64,000 nt of DNA from Botryllus schlosseri (GCA_051294905.1 CM119377.1:2728001-2792000); one strand, 5' to 3'; numbered from the stretch's first letter, positions 36,801 to 50,224 are shown. Numbers and translations are program-made. Notes: generated by a model from the sequence alone, not told the origin.

Positions 36801-39800
36801 ACGAGAATAATTTCGATTATAATAACCGGAAGTAACCAAGTATCACGGCAATGTCATGTCCTATGTCGCTCGAAAAGGTATCTTGTAAATTCGCAAATAA
36901 TAATTTATAATTGATTGCCATGTATATAGCTATAACAAACCCAGCTAACCATAATTATAGTCACACCGAAAAGAATCCGTCCCAGCTTCAAATTCAACCT
37001 TGTCCTAGTTGACTGGAAATCTTCAGATGCATGATACCTTGCGACTATAAGGCTACATTACAAGTTAAGAACTCATGCTCGATTTTCAGCAGCACTCTAG
37101 TCTAAGAGTTGGGCCACAGAACATTTTCAAACTGGAAAATGGGTCACGATTTTCACGACCAAAAAAGGTTGAAAACCCCTGCTCTAGCTAGTTTAATTGG
37201 ACACCTGTAGAATTATCTAGCTCTCCAAGTCTGGTCAGTAGAGAGAGAATAGCATGGCTATCTGATTAATAATTGCAAAAGAGAGAAATTAAGGTGCCTG
37301 TCTCGAATTTCAGGTCTATCGCGTTATCTGAAAAATAAGACACTCGGAATTCCATACTGGGATTGGACGGAGCACGCCACCGACTTGCCATATCTCATCA
37401 GGGACGCGAAGATTTACGATCCTGTACTAAAGAAATACGTCATCAATCCGTTTTACAGAAATTTCATACGAATGGTTTACAGCGTTAAGATGTAAGTAGA
37501 ACGAATCGCTTCCAACTCAAAGGCCGTCGTGCATGGCGCAAATATTGACCACTCATTCTGTTCTACGCAGACGCGGCCAGGAACGAAGTCCTTCTACTCT
37601 TTCAGTGCATTCAAGTATAGGTTCTTAGACTTGCACTCAGGGTTGCATTAAAAACAAAAATCAATTTAAAAAAAACATGTTTAAAACAATGCCCTTGTTC
37701 AAAACATGTTTTTTTAGTCATGACGTCACGAGTATTTAATCGTACGTACATCGACAATTGGTGAATATGGCTCCTTCGACGCAAAGAGCTTCCGATCACT
37801 GTCCTAAACAGACCAAGATTATCTTTAATCAGGACTATATCGTCAGGCAGCATTTTTACGGTCGGCGGTCATCATCACCAGAACACCCCTTCCGCACCAT
37901 TGATCTATATATACATGCAAAATCTGTTGAACCGACGACGATTTCGAGGGTTCCAGCCACCCTACACCGTATACGTCGACTAATTTGGGGCAAATCGTCC
38001 GTAGGTTCATACTACATGTTTTTTCGGACGTATTTACACAATTATGGTACAATTAGACAACGTTTGAAAAAAAAAACACAATTTTGTGTTTTTCAAAAAG
38101 GCATTTGTTTAAAACAGTGTTTTAAAACACCGTTCTAAGTACAACCCTAATTGCACTATTTACTATGTTTATGTTTTGGACATCTTCCACTTCTACTTAT
38201 TGAATAACTTATTTCTATTGAGATAAGTCTAACCACATTTCGTTCATATCAATGTGAAGCTTGATTTAGAAAAGATAAAGCCGATGATCTCTGCCATTGG
38301 CAAACATTTGTTGGATAATTCTGTCTGTGCGAAAAATTATCGAGACGACAGATTTCGCATCTTCGATAGAGGCCGTTTACACTTTCATTTGTGTGCCTTG
38401 GAGTCGACCTTTATCAAAATACGTCAAACTGTAGTTTGTGCCAACAGCTGGCGTTCGTGTACCCTTTAAAATAGTACATTGAGCTAAAGTGATCTCCTCG
38501 CTTCCATTTTTCGAGATTTCATACCGGTGACGTCATATTTGACGATACGATTGCGGATAATCTATGTTCTATCCAATTCTCCACTAGTTGCTGACGCTTA
38601 CCCCTGATGAGTGTCAGCCGAAAATATTCGGGTTCATTTCAATATGAATATACTTTTCAATGTTGATATGTTATTCAATTGTTTTTTGAAGTCCTGTACC
38701 TCCAAGGTTCACGGATACTTTTGGCATACGTCTGCATCAGTTTTTTAAAGTGTAATCTCCACGACAATGGGGGCGGTAGAGCACATGTATGACGGTAGCT
38801 GAATGTATTTTGAAAATCGCGCGATTTGAAAGTAAACATCTGCGAGCAACTATGCTAAAATTATGCGAACCATCGACAAAAATCACATTTTCAAACCTAC
38901 TTTTCAGACATTGACTTGATACTTTCACGTGTAGTGGGTTTGAAACGTCTTTCAAAATCGCTTCTATTCGCAAATGACCGAGTAGAAATATACGGCGTTA
39001 CTTTACATTTCATCTTTCCAGAAAACACTAGAGCTGACTGGGACAACTGTAGATAATTCTAAATGGAGCGAAATGCTATTAATCTAACATAAATCTAATA
39101 TACGAAATTGTATGTCGCGGAGCAACGAGCCAAGCATGCTGAACAGACATTTGCCATTCTCGTGTTCATGAGAATTTACTGTTATTTGATATAAACCGAA
39201 CTTCATTTTTGATGTATTTATTTTTAATTCGGATTTTAATTCAACTTTCAACATTTTACGAATTCCATAATTCTAAATTCTAATCTAATTTTGATTAGCT
39301 GAAAATTTTCTAATCGCTCAACTCTGGTTCCAAGTAAGCTCGCAGAGATAGCGATGCTTTTTTAACGAGTTTTCATCTTCTTGAGAATATATATTACGTG
39401 TTTGGCTTGATTGCCAGCTTATTTCCTCTCCATGGTTTCTACTAAATAAATACTAGTCCATCCTCAAGATTGCCGGACCACGACCTGACCTATCGATCTC
39501 GTCATCCATGACATGCCACCCAATTTTTGTCGCTTGCGTTTTTCCATACTATTGTAGCGTCTCTTTCCTAGTCTGGTTCAATAGTCCGATTCTTTCATAT
39601 ACTGCTGATTTGCACTTTATGCAGCCACAGACTCCAATCGTATTATCTTAGTAACATTTAAATAAATTGATATAATAAATAAAATAAAATAAATTAAGAT
39701 CTTCCTTTACTTTTAATTCGCCCTTTTAATTCAACCTACTTTTAATTCACCCTTTTAATTCACCCTACTTGATCACCTCTTGTCGTTACACTAACACTGT

Positions 39801-41987
39801 TGCCCTACCTCGCCCAGACATTGCTTCATTGATCATTTGCCACCATTGTTTAATTTTTTTTCTATTTTCCTTTAACGAAACATTTCTTTACAGCCAGACT
39901 GTTCAGAGTCAAGTGTACCTGTTTGATGCTGGTGTGATCAGACTAGATGACCTTCACGGTCTTATCGATCATTCCTATCTAATACCGAATACTGTGCACG
40001 CATATTTTCTGTACCACCATCACTGCCGTTTGTTATGTATTTTGGTTCGATGAAAATAAAGACTCTCTCTCTCTCTCAGTGTGCATGCCTCCTCTTTACA
40101 TCGCCTGCCCTAGGCCAAGGTGGGTGCCTGATTCCATAGACTACTCCAAGTCGCTTCGACACCTTCCTATCTTTTCATTGTATCGTATTTTGTGGTGTAT
40201 TGAACTGATAAAATTTGCTAATAAACCAATGATGATGGTCACCGATTTCAATGCGGAAATCATTTTATTTGCCAGTATCTTTTATCCGCTGTGGCATTCT
40301 AATTCAGGTACAACCAACGGAGCCCATCGTACTCGGGTATTCTTATGGATCGATACATACTTAAAGGTACAATCCGGGCGATGATGTGTCACGACTACTT
40401 CAATTACGACGAACAGCAATCGGCTATACCCCACGACCAAGTAAGGATTAGTCAAGACAGTCTAGAATGTCCAATACATACGACTATGTCCGATTATATC
40501 AGTTTGCGTATAATATGGAGTCGATATCGGCCATTACACGAAAAAAGATCGGCAATTTTCGTGACGTCACAACATGGTATCATAGGGAGTCAGAAAATGA
40601 TAATCTGCTGCCTCTATACTGAAAATATTGATTTATTCCTTATAGATTACAGGTGCCCAGATGCAGCCTTTCTAGTATATTTCATGCCCAAGCATAGCGA
40701 TGGCTGTAAAGCTGCTCAAAAAAAATGCTTCCAGGTTTTGAAAATGCGCCTTAAGCTGGATACAGCGCATCCCCTCAAAAAACTTGAAGGGGTACGCTTT
40801 CAAACCAAACCAACGATGATGGACCAGCTCGTAGAAGGTTGTTATTCGAATTAACCTTATGTATAGGCCTACTGATTGCCGTTACCTATCGTTGTCACCA
40901 TGCGGTATATGCAATTTTATGGTAGGAAGCATAATATCACTGACTATATATATATAGACTATTATCTTTTTTTTTCATTCCGCTCATCCGTTATCACATG
41001 AATACGCCATTGCAGCCTTCGATTTAAAAACGATTCGTTTTCAGATACACGATTGCTTCTGCATTGTCAAAAAGATAATGGGGGAAGACGTTTGCGATTT
41101 CGGGATGCCTACCGTCGAATACGCTGCGTGGGACCCCGCCTTCATGATACACCACAGTTCCATGGACAGGCTGTACGTCATCAGGAGAGAGCTTGAGGAA
41201 ATTCACGGTGTCGCGGATTGGACAAAGAGCAGAGTCATCGGTCAATACGTGAAGGTGGTGATCATATCGTTATTTGCATGCAAACTTAGAAAACTTTTAC
41301 AACACCGTAACAAATAAACCTGGTGGTACTCATGGTTTAGATCTGGTAACACCTCTTTCATGCCAAGACATGAAACAACACTGTCCTGTTCATGTCAACT
41401 TGTTGACACCCATCTTTGGACCTGCATGACATGCATAAAGTGATGTCTTAAATATGATTCAAATTGAATTAGATAACCAACATCCTTCTCTAATATAGTC
41501 TAATTAGGCGACTAGAATTACATAGTTGTCCAATTTTGCTTTTAAAGTTCTTCTGACAGTGTATTTGATATTCACGACAGCGAGCAGCCTTGGTAAAAGT
41601 TCGTTTTAATCATTTCAGGCAAAAGGCAACGCGCGAGATATAGCCAAAGCATTCGACTGGCCGCTGTCACCTTTCTGCAACAGCAGCATGAATCCAGAAT
41701 CCGAGACAGGAAAAAAAGGAATCTGGACTATGCACAACGCTTACTATAACGAACAGCTTTTCGGTTACAAGTACGACAAATACGATTTCGGCAACAATTA
41801 CAAATGGGCGGATTTGAAAAAAGACTTCGAAAGAAATGTTGTCAGAAGGAATTTTTGGAACGACGATTATCATGTGACTAAATTAGGCGCATTGAACATT
41901 GCGAACTCCCGCGATTTACCCGTAGTATCAGGATGCACGGTCAAATACTCTAATCCTACATGGAATATTACGATTAAATGGAATTGA
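30838..41987 (+). CDS. Secreted TSP1 + type-3 copper (tyrosinase/hemocyanin-FU-like) protein, copy 2, 488 aa
   Basis: Exons 30838-31006 (MKVISPVVVCVAVASLVTPIRA signal), 33798-33956 (TSP1), 35385-35491, 35926-36067 (WHGYPGRCP...HCSWHHHPMFQPWHR), 37314-37491 (GIPYWDW), 40308-40440 (PHDQ), 41045-41254 (IH...WDPAFMIHH), 41619-41987. Total 1467 nt, GT-AG, in frame. Confidence 0.92.
32314..32859. mobile_element. hAT-type MITE family D
   Basis: TIR TAGGGTTGCATTTAAAAC/GTTTTAAATGCAACCCTA; TSD ATTACCAT/ATTACAAT. Confidence 0.85.
34317..34860. mobile_element. MITE family E
   Basis: TAGGGCAAG...CATGCCCTA ends; homologous to 5859-6172 and 24207-24756. Confidence 0.8.
37638..38149. mobile_element. hAT-type MITE family D
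   Basis: CAGGGTTGCA...TACAACCCTA; TSD CTTGCACT/ATTGCACT. Confidence 0.82.
38250..38660 (+). mobile_element. Penelope-like retroelement 3' fragment (GIY-YIG C-terminus plus terminal repeat)
   Basis: ORF 38254-38469 SAIGKHLLDNSVCAKNYRDDRFRIFDRGRLHFHLCALESTFIK; reverse-complement homolog of 8400-8760. Confidence 0.8.
38590..38634 (+). ncRNA. Minimal type I hammerhead ribozyme motif with intact core
   Basis: ACCC(38600-03)-CTGATGA(38604-10)-G TGTCAGC C-GAAA(38620-23)-ATATT-C(38629)-GGGT(38630-33). Confidence 0.72.
39453..40230 (-). mobile_element. Family L copy split by an about 0.5-kb secondary insertion ending in AATAAA-(CT)n
   Basis: 39453-39560 and 40075-40230 are contiguous in the intact copy at 52297-52560. 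Confidence 0.6.
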
Positions 41988-43791
41988 CAATGCGCTAGAA
42001 TAATATCGTTTGCGAACATTACTATGCACATAGACTGAATGAAACTTATGCATATGTTTTTTTATTTATAATAGGCAATGTGCAACACATATATCATATG
42101 TGCTGTGTAATTTAAGCGGGCTGATAAACATATTTATATAGATTATAGAGTTTATATAGAGTTTATACTGTAAATAAAGAAACACATGAACGTGATGTAG
42201 AGTGCGAATGAATTCAAAGTCTTATAGGGACCGATTCAATTATAGGTAGAAGCTAGAACATATATCCGTTTCTATGGAAATATTTTGCATCGCCATATAG
42301 GTCAAGTGAAGATGCTCGCAACAATGAGTTATATGTGAAGTAAATAATATTGTTTGTTAATAATACTTGGGTTATTAAGAGTGCTGTGCTTACAATCATA
42401 GATTATATATACCGTTCGTCGTTCATCAATTTAGGTTAGTTGTGAATCAGGGATCAGCAAAGGATCAATTCAAGCCATTCTATAATCGTATGCAATTTTT
42501 GCCTTGCGGTGTAAGCACCCCTGTTTTTAAAATCCCGAACAGCTTTTGGCGAGGATTCGAAGTCAAAGTTACCTACTTTAAAACATCGTGCAGAATATAG
42601 GCTTACACCGTTATTCCAAAATTATCGCCCATTTATTTGTGCTCGTAAATTCTATCTATTTCCAAGCCCGCAAATAGCCCAAAACGGAATCAGGTTCGTG
42701 GGATACACAGATGTTCGACTGCGCATAGTTTTAGCTTCACATAAACGAGGTTGGAGGATAAATTTATGCACGCTGGATTCTATTGTTAGTCAAAAGTCAT
42801 TGCGGTTATAGTTGAAGGCATGTCGAAGCTATATATTCTGTAATGTCGAGTCTGGAATGGATTGGAAGGATTGATATCGAGGACGTGGTTATTACGTTTG
42901 GATGTGAGGTTCAGGATACCTCACGAAGTTTATAATATTTGACTTTGAAAATTGACGTCACGAGTCATTCCCCCTTTTCATACGCCGACTACGAGTCAAG
43001 TCACAGTCTAGTGAAATACGTTATTCGAGTCTGACTTAAACGGAGTTTTTGTTTTTGTTTGTGATGTTCACGGCGTTTTTCAGGCAGAATTTACTTATTT
43101 TTAACACTTTCTAGTTAGGAAAGTAAACTGGAGTTCAGGGGGTATGTATCGCGTTTGTGAGTGAAATTGTCACAGAGGTGGTGAAAGTAGTCAAGAAAGC
43201 TACTCAACTAGAAGAAGTAGCGACGCAAAAATCTACTCAAGTACGAGTAGAAGTATAGTCCTTTTAAAAGCAGCCTAAAACTACTTGAAGTAGGAGTAGA
43301 ATTGACTGACTTTGAATCTGCTCAAGTAAGTAAGTAGTTGTGAAAACGATCATAAAGACTGTCAAAAGCTGCAAATTAAGCTATGCGAAATGTGCAGAGC
43401 TTGATTCATATTAATGCATCTCAGGAGGTATAAATTTTCTACAGCATAACTATTCACAGTATCATGGATGAAAATGATAGCATTGATATGGGAATGCGAT
43501 ACCAATCCTCTATATACTTGAACACCCCGATTTAGAAACTATCATGGTATACATCCAGCCCTATATTATAAGGCCTGTAGTTTGGTTGATGAGCAACACG
43601 GAGAAGTGGTGTCGGATACGGTGTTAACACTTTGCGCGACTAGCTAACGTTAATAAACAATGGCTGATTGTAAAAATGCCATATTGTGTAGCTTTATTTT
43701 CGTAAAATAGAGGCATTACTACACTTGCTTTTATACTTCAACATGTATGTTTTCAAACCAAAAGAACAGAAACTAATTAGAACTCGACAAG

Positions 43792-44110
43792 ACAGCGTAA
43801 TGGTGAAGCTTCTTGATCGGTAGGTCGTGGGTTCGATTCCCGGCCGGGTCAGATCAAACACCTGATTAGTAACACTGTTATCCACGACTTCCCGCTTGGC
43901 GCTCATGCATTACTGGGATAGCATGGAGGGGTGGTGCAAGACTTAGAAAGCCGCACAAGGCTATACCTGCACCTTCCTTGCCCATCGGCATATGCACATC
44001 ATGCACTCATAGTCTGCATATGCACAGATCGTGTGTATGTGTATCATGAGTTGGTGGATATGCCGCAAAATATCAAGGACAAGAATAAACTACGTCCTTT
44101 CCTTTCCTTA
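43792..44110 (+). mobile_element. tRNA-derived SINE
   Basis: B box GGTTCGATTCC (43830-43840) and (CCTTT)n tail; second copy at 48801-49166. Confidence 0.8.
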
Positions 44111-44793
44111 CGATATGATAGGTAAAAGTTGGATTGCGAAATGAGAGTTTCAAACGTTATGGTGGGACATATTTGCTGTGATTTCATATGGGCGACAATG
44201 CGGTGTGAGCGGAACCATACGCAACTCGCTACCTAAATTATATTCACCAATACGTTTGTGAAATCATATTGGTCGAAGCGAAGCGCAACGAAAGTTATGA
44301 GCTGAACTCAACTTTTATAAAAAGTAAATGTTGGTACTCCGTGAAAACAGCCCCGAAATTCATCAGGCTATCTTTCTGATTTTTAGAGGATAAATTCTAC
44401 TTGACAAACTGAAAATAGCGAAAAGTAAGTAAGTAGATCACAAAATAATACGAAGTAGAAGTATAGAAATAGCGGGAAATTAGATCTACTTGGAGTTAGT
44501 ACCCAAGTTACGAAAAACTAATTCAGTACTTCAAAAAAGTAGAAGTACTTCTTTACTGACCGCCTCTGAATTGTCATGACGACTAACCCCTATATCACCG
44601 TAGCTGAATATATTTTTGACAATTGCACAAATCTGTTGTGTCATGGTAGTTTTACGTTAGTCGCAAAGACGTATCTTGCAATATCGAAAGTGACAACGTC
44701 CGGTTAAGAGCTAAAATTATGTAACAACTGCCCCCTACCAGATCTATACTTTTTGAAACTATACTTCCTCGAGTACTTTTCATATCTTCAATC

Positions 44794-46035
44794 CAGGGTT
44801 GTAACTGCAAGTCACAAGGTTCCGAGTCACAAGTCAATCTCACTTTTATAGTTTTGACTCGAGTCAAGTCGAGTCATTTTCAATTAACCACCTAGTCTAG
44901 TCCGAGTCCAAGTTAGTGAGTAGCGGGTCGATTTCGAGTCATAGTGTTGTGACTCGAGTCCGAGTCTAAATCATTGCGTTCACTGTTCAGTCTGAGTTCA
45001 ATCTGGCTCAACAAATTCTTTCAGCTATGCTCGAGGGATATAGAATGGCTCGCATTCAAAATATCGTAATTTTTCTCAGTCCCAACAATTTCTGGCCCTA
45101 TTTTCCAGAGATGAGCATGGATTAGGATTAGGTTTTGAAAAAACAGGATTTGTGAAATTTTGTCGGATTTGGATTGGATTTGGATTAAACATTCTTTTCA
45201 GAACGGATTAGGATTTGGATTGGATTTACCTATTTTCTGGGAGATTAAAATGTCGTGTGGCGAATGGCGACAAACTTTATTCAGATCAGTTATTAATGTA
45301 CTTATGGTTACTAAGTTATCTTGAATCAAGTGAATCGTTGGCTGTGAAAGAAAATTTTCGAATCCCTCCATTGCATAAATTAGTATATTTTCTGAAGTTC
45401 CAGTTGGAGTCGGATTAGGATTGGACATGGACTTGAATATGAAAAAGTTATGGATTAGGATTTGGATTTGGATTTGAAGGTTCGGATTTGGATTGGATTA
45501 GGACATAGATATTTCAAATCCGCTCATCTCTGCTATTTTCCAAGTATCAGGACTTATAGACGAAATACCAAAGTGGTGACTTTATTACTCTCCGAAGTTA
45601 AAATGGAATATCTGTGTTAGCCGTCCTGGTCTCGAGCCAATACTAGGGTTAACATATTTTGGAATCGGGAAAGGAGCGTTCAAACTCAGAATACTGGAGG
45701 AAAATCCGGTAAAAATAGTAAAAATTTTCCCCGACTTTGTGTCTGGTTGACTAAAAAAACCACATATTTCCTATTTAGCGTCATTTATGCTCATTTGGAC
45801 TCGAATCTGTACACCATCTTTACTCTAAAAGCTGTAAAGGAGGACGAATTCCCCAAAAGGAGGACATTTAGGCATCCTCGGACGACATTTTCAAAAACCT
45901 GAAAAACGAGGACAAATCCTCCTAAAGGAGGGCATATGCCGGCAATACATTTTACGCATTTCAAAAAATGACTTGAGTCAAGCCAAGTCACCAAAAAATC
46001 GTGACTCGAGTCGAACTTGAGTCATTACAACCCTA
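44794..46035 (-). mobile_element. hAT MITE family A carrying two nested insertions
   Basis: CAGGGTTGTAA...TTACAACCCTA; perfect 8-bp TSD CTTCAATC; removing the inserts restores colinearity with 4948-5307. Confidence 0.85.
45106..45532 (+). mobile_element. hAT MITE family B (nested in A)
   Basis: TIR CAGAGATGAGC/GCTCATCTCTG; perfect 8-bp TSD CTATTTTC. Confidence 0.9.
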
Positions 46036-46266
46036 CTTCAATCATTACTTCTACTTGAAGCAGTGTTCTGTTGATGTCTTGTAAATCGCTATTTCCCATT
46101 GAGCGGAATGTTACAGCGTTACTTCTACCTCTGCCTGAGTAGGCCATACCAACCTACGATGACTATACTTTTACCACTTCTGGACTCTTTTAAACACGGA
46201 ACTCTGACAACTACAGGGTTGAGAAGAATCGAGTCCGCGATTGATTGGATTCTGAATCAGTAAGAT

Positions 46267-46639
46267 TAGGGTTGCCATATTCTGAGATCCGAACAAGAGA
46301 ACACTTTTAAAAGTCGCAAAAGAGACAATGGTGGACCAGAAAACGGGTAATTTGAAAAAAAAACAGGTCATTTCACCAACTCGATTCCCGAAAGACCCCT
46401 TCCCACGTAAAATCAGTTATCGTGTTGACCTTTGTTTATATAATTTTTTAGTCAACTGTACCCGCACTGCCGGGTCAATTATGGCAATATTTAAGTCGTC
46501 CACATGCAATAGCCTAGCTCTGAAAGCCATTAAGGAGGACGAATTGCCAAAAGGGAGGACATGTGGGCGTCCTCGGAGGACATTTTCGATTTCTTGAAAA
46601 AGAAGGACAAATCCTAAAGAAGAACGTATGGTAACCCTT
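46267..46639. mobile_element. hAT MITE family C
   Basis: TAGGGTTGCCATA...TATGGTAACCCT; degenerate TSD AGTAAGAT/AGCAATAT. Confidence 0.7.
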
Positions 46640-46674
46640 AGCAATATGCCTCGAGTCGACCATTCGATTATCAC

Positions 46675-47099
46675 TAGGGCAAGTTTTTGCAACTGTTTGC
46701 AACTTTTTTACAGCTTCCGGCAGCTTCCTAAATACTCAGAAGATATGTAGAATGCTGTTTTAAGCTGTTTGAAGGAATCTTATAGTGCAACTTTTGTCCA
46801 TTTTTTCATGCAACTTTTTGCAATATTTTGCAACTTTTTCGATTTTTCATGAATGTATTTTCGATTTTGGTGAAATACACGGCCAAATTCGACTGAAATA
46901 CCGTAAATCAGCACTGAAGGAACGCTCTTACGGGTATTTCGGGAGCTGAACCGGAAACCTGACCTTTTTTTAGTCAACCAAGCAAAATGTGGCCTTAAGT
47001 GCAACTTTTGTGATAAAATAAATGCAACTTTTTACTGCAACTTTTGTCAAAAATAAATGAAACTTTCCATGGATTTAACTGCAACAAAAACTTGCCCTA
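46675..47099. mobile_element. MITE family E
   Basis: TAGGGCAAG/CTTGCCCTA TIR flanked on both sides by TTATCAC. Confidence 0.8.
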
Positions 47100-48800
47100 T
47101 TATCACTCATACTGAGGTAATAAGAATATGAGAAAGTCAACTCAACTATGCACTTTTCTTGCTACCACAAAGAATATAATGCGAATTTCTACATCCATGG
47201 CCTACTAGTAGGCCATGCTACATGACATTAAAGATAATTTGGTATTTTTCCAACATGCCTATACTTCATTGCATTTTGTTAAAATACTGTGGGTTGATCA
47301 CGATTCCACAGATAGGCTATGCCATTTCAACTAACGTGCCTAGCTCTGTAGACCTGTACTGCGTGTTTCGTATGGTATGAGGTGCAACAAATCGAGGTGT
47401 CGAGGCTTCGACGGTGGAGAATCGTATCGAAACTATAATTTTCGCTGATAAATACGCTCCTAGTGGCAAGGAACGTACAATTTCAGCACTCGAAAAACCA
47501 TCTGCCACTGTCCGACTCGAATCATTGGAATTAATACTCCATTCTGATTTGAGTTGAATGATTGCGCCCAGCCCTTATGATTACGCAACATGAACACTGA
47601 ACAGTGAAGGCTATGCTAACGTCTAGTTCAGTGGTTCTCAAACTTTTTTAGACAAGCCTCCCTTGGTGATATTGAAAACTTTCGCGCTCTTTTATTGCCA
47701 TATCAAAAAACGATTAAAAATAACAATAAGAATGTTTGCAAGCCCAACGCATAGTTTTGGGCATTTAAGGTTACGACTGTTGAGAGATCTCTCAGATATG
47801 AAATTCGGACCATACAAAGAGCAATAACCATCAGCTGAAAGTAAATGGCGCGAAGCGAGAAAGAATTTCAAAGGAATGATTTTTCAAAAATATTCATGTG
47901 CAAGGGTATAGCAGGTAGCATATAAATATTTTAGCTATTGTATTGTCTAATACCTAAAATTTCCTGAATTGGGCTGGGCTATATAGTTTTGATCCTCTCT
48001 CCGCCCATATGATCAGAGTTAGTGATAGAACTGATGGAGGAAGATGACTTTGAAATTGCAGGGAGCGTAATTGTACATCGTTAAGTCATGTTCAGGTCAC
48101 ACCGATAAGATTTATTTATCAGCCTAATGTTTGCAAGGCCCGCCACTGAGTTATATAAACACCACATATCCGGTGGTTTCCAACTTTTATGGTCACGACC
48201 CATTCCCAATTTGAAAATGATCCGTGGCCCAGCCGAAAATTTGACTAATTACTAGAATAAGACGCAGCTTTGCCCAAACTTACTCGCGGCCTATTTTGGA
48301 AGCTGACTACGTTCAGATTTCTTCGCGAACCCCAGAATAAATGCAAACAATCCCCCAGGTCACTATCTTTGAATAAAGCATATAAACGACCATGAACGAC
48401 TCTAGGAATATACCTTATTCGTCCTACAATTGCGATCACAATTAGACTTATTTCAGTAAAGGAAGGTTATTTTTATTGATATACATTTTTAGTAGCAGTT
48501 TCTGCGTGGGCGGTAGACTCGTTACTAAAATCAATATAGCCTATGTGCTACTTATTCGCGCGCGGCGCGAAGAAAAACTCAAATTATAGCATAAATCTGC
48601 CCAAAAATAATGTTGTTTATGTTAATTTAGGAAAAAATTATGAGCCCACTTCAAGCCCCAAAAATTCCGGACATTTGGGCATATTTTCAAATTTCCTCCC
48701 GGACGCAGATTTAACAGTGAAATTCCGGACATGCCCGGGAAATTACGCACGTATGGCAACCCTAGGCTGGGCTAAAGTGTATGCGACGATAAGCTACAAA

Positions 48801-49051
48801 ATATCGTAATGGTGAAGCGTCCGGCTTCTTGATCGGTAGGTCGTGGGTTCGATCCCCGGCCGGGTCAGACCAAAGACCTGATTAGTAACAATGGTATCCA
48901 TGACTTTCCTGCTTAGCGCTCATGCATTAATGGGATGACATGGATCCGGAGGGGTGGTCCAAGACTTAGATAGCCGTAAAAGGCTATATCTGCACCTTCC
49001 TTGTCCAGCGGCATATGCACATCATGAACTCATGGTATGCATATGCAGAGA

Positions 49052-49093
<42 letters not shown>

Positions 49094-49166
49094 CATGAGT
49101 CGGTGTGTATGCCGCAAAAAAAACCCATCACGGACAAAAATACACAACGTCGTTTCCTTTCCTTTC
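48801..49166 (+). mobile_element. tRNA-derived SINE with internal (GT)n expansion (49054-49090)
   Basis: Colinear with 43792-44110. Confidence 0.8.
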
Positions 49167-49305
49167 AAAAACCAATGGCACGGCGCAGTTTTAAGACATT
49201 TCGATTTGAATCCGAATTTCTAAGATCCAAAAGGCATGTTACACATGGTACATGGCATGATCACAAAACGAAATAAAATTGTGTCTTACTGCGCGCGCTC
49301 TGTAC

Positions 49306-50044
49306 CAGATATGCGGATTTGAATTATCTATGTAATAATTCAATCAAACTCCGAAGCTTCAAATCCTAATCCTAAACCTAATCCATAACTTTGTATATTT
49401 CAATCCTAATCCTAATCCGATGCAAACTTGGATTTTCACTTATAAAGCATAAATCTTATGCCAATGCCTTATGTCTTTATTTATTTTTACAGAATTAGTG
49501 CCAAAATACATCAAGTAACTTTGGTATAGGACGAGAAACGTTATCGCAATTCGCCACGGGGCAGAGGACAAGCGGGGGAGATAGCATAGTGGTAAGGTAA
49601 CGATAAGCGCCTATGAATTAGGCGGCCCCGGTTCGATTCCCGTGGGAGATTCATCTGGGCTCGCCTTCCCCCGCCGTCGCCGTTGTTACGGCGATAAAAA
49701 AAGCCTAGAAAAACACCCGACGAAAGAAAGCACTCACAAGGAATAGAAATAACTAGAAAGTGCCGCGGCAACAAAAAGATCGACATGGAAAAGAACTGTT
49801 ACATCGGGCACATCGGATGTCAGTCTTACAGGATCACAACTGCGTGCCGTTCGATATCCTCTCATCTGTTCATTATATCGCATTGTGTCTTATCGCATTG
49901 TACATTGTGTGTGACTTGTTCAGATGAAAATATAGCCGAAAATCGGAAAATTCAATCCTAATCCATTCATAAAAAATCTCAAATCCTAATCCGCCAAACT
50001 TTCACAAATCCGGTTTTCCCAAATCCTAGTCCTGCTCATCGATG
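49306..50044 (-). mobile_element. Degenerate MITE family B containing a second tRNA-derived SINE
   Basis: AATCCTAATCC repeats at both ends; internal pol III boxes TAGCATAGTGG (49582-49592) and GGTTCGATTCC (49630-49640). Confidence 0.65.
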
Positions 50045-50224
50045 CTCGACAGCCAGACCCTAACAGCATCAGCTAACACCTACGCCCATCCGATATCCGG
50101 TTTTTTAATCACATTCGACTAAGCATAAACATACGCGTAGATCATTAGGTGGTTGATTAGTCGTTGATGAATTCCACGTATATAGGCTATATGCTTCCAT
50201 ATATTTCCATACATTCACAGCACA

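Noticed and set aside
40345-40854. 169-aa ORF as a separate gene
   Set aside because: It is exon 6 of copper gene 2 reading through its donor into a family J repeat.
47290-47560. Possible orphan exon between copper genes 2 and 3
   Set aside because: AG/GT-bounded open stretch exists, but there is no similarity to the paralog exons or any recognisable domain.
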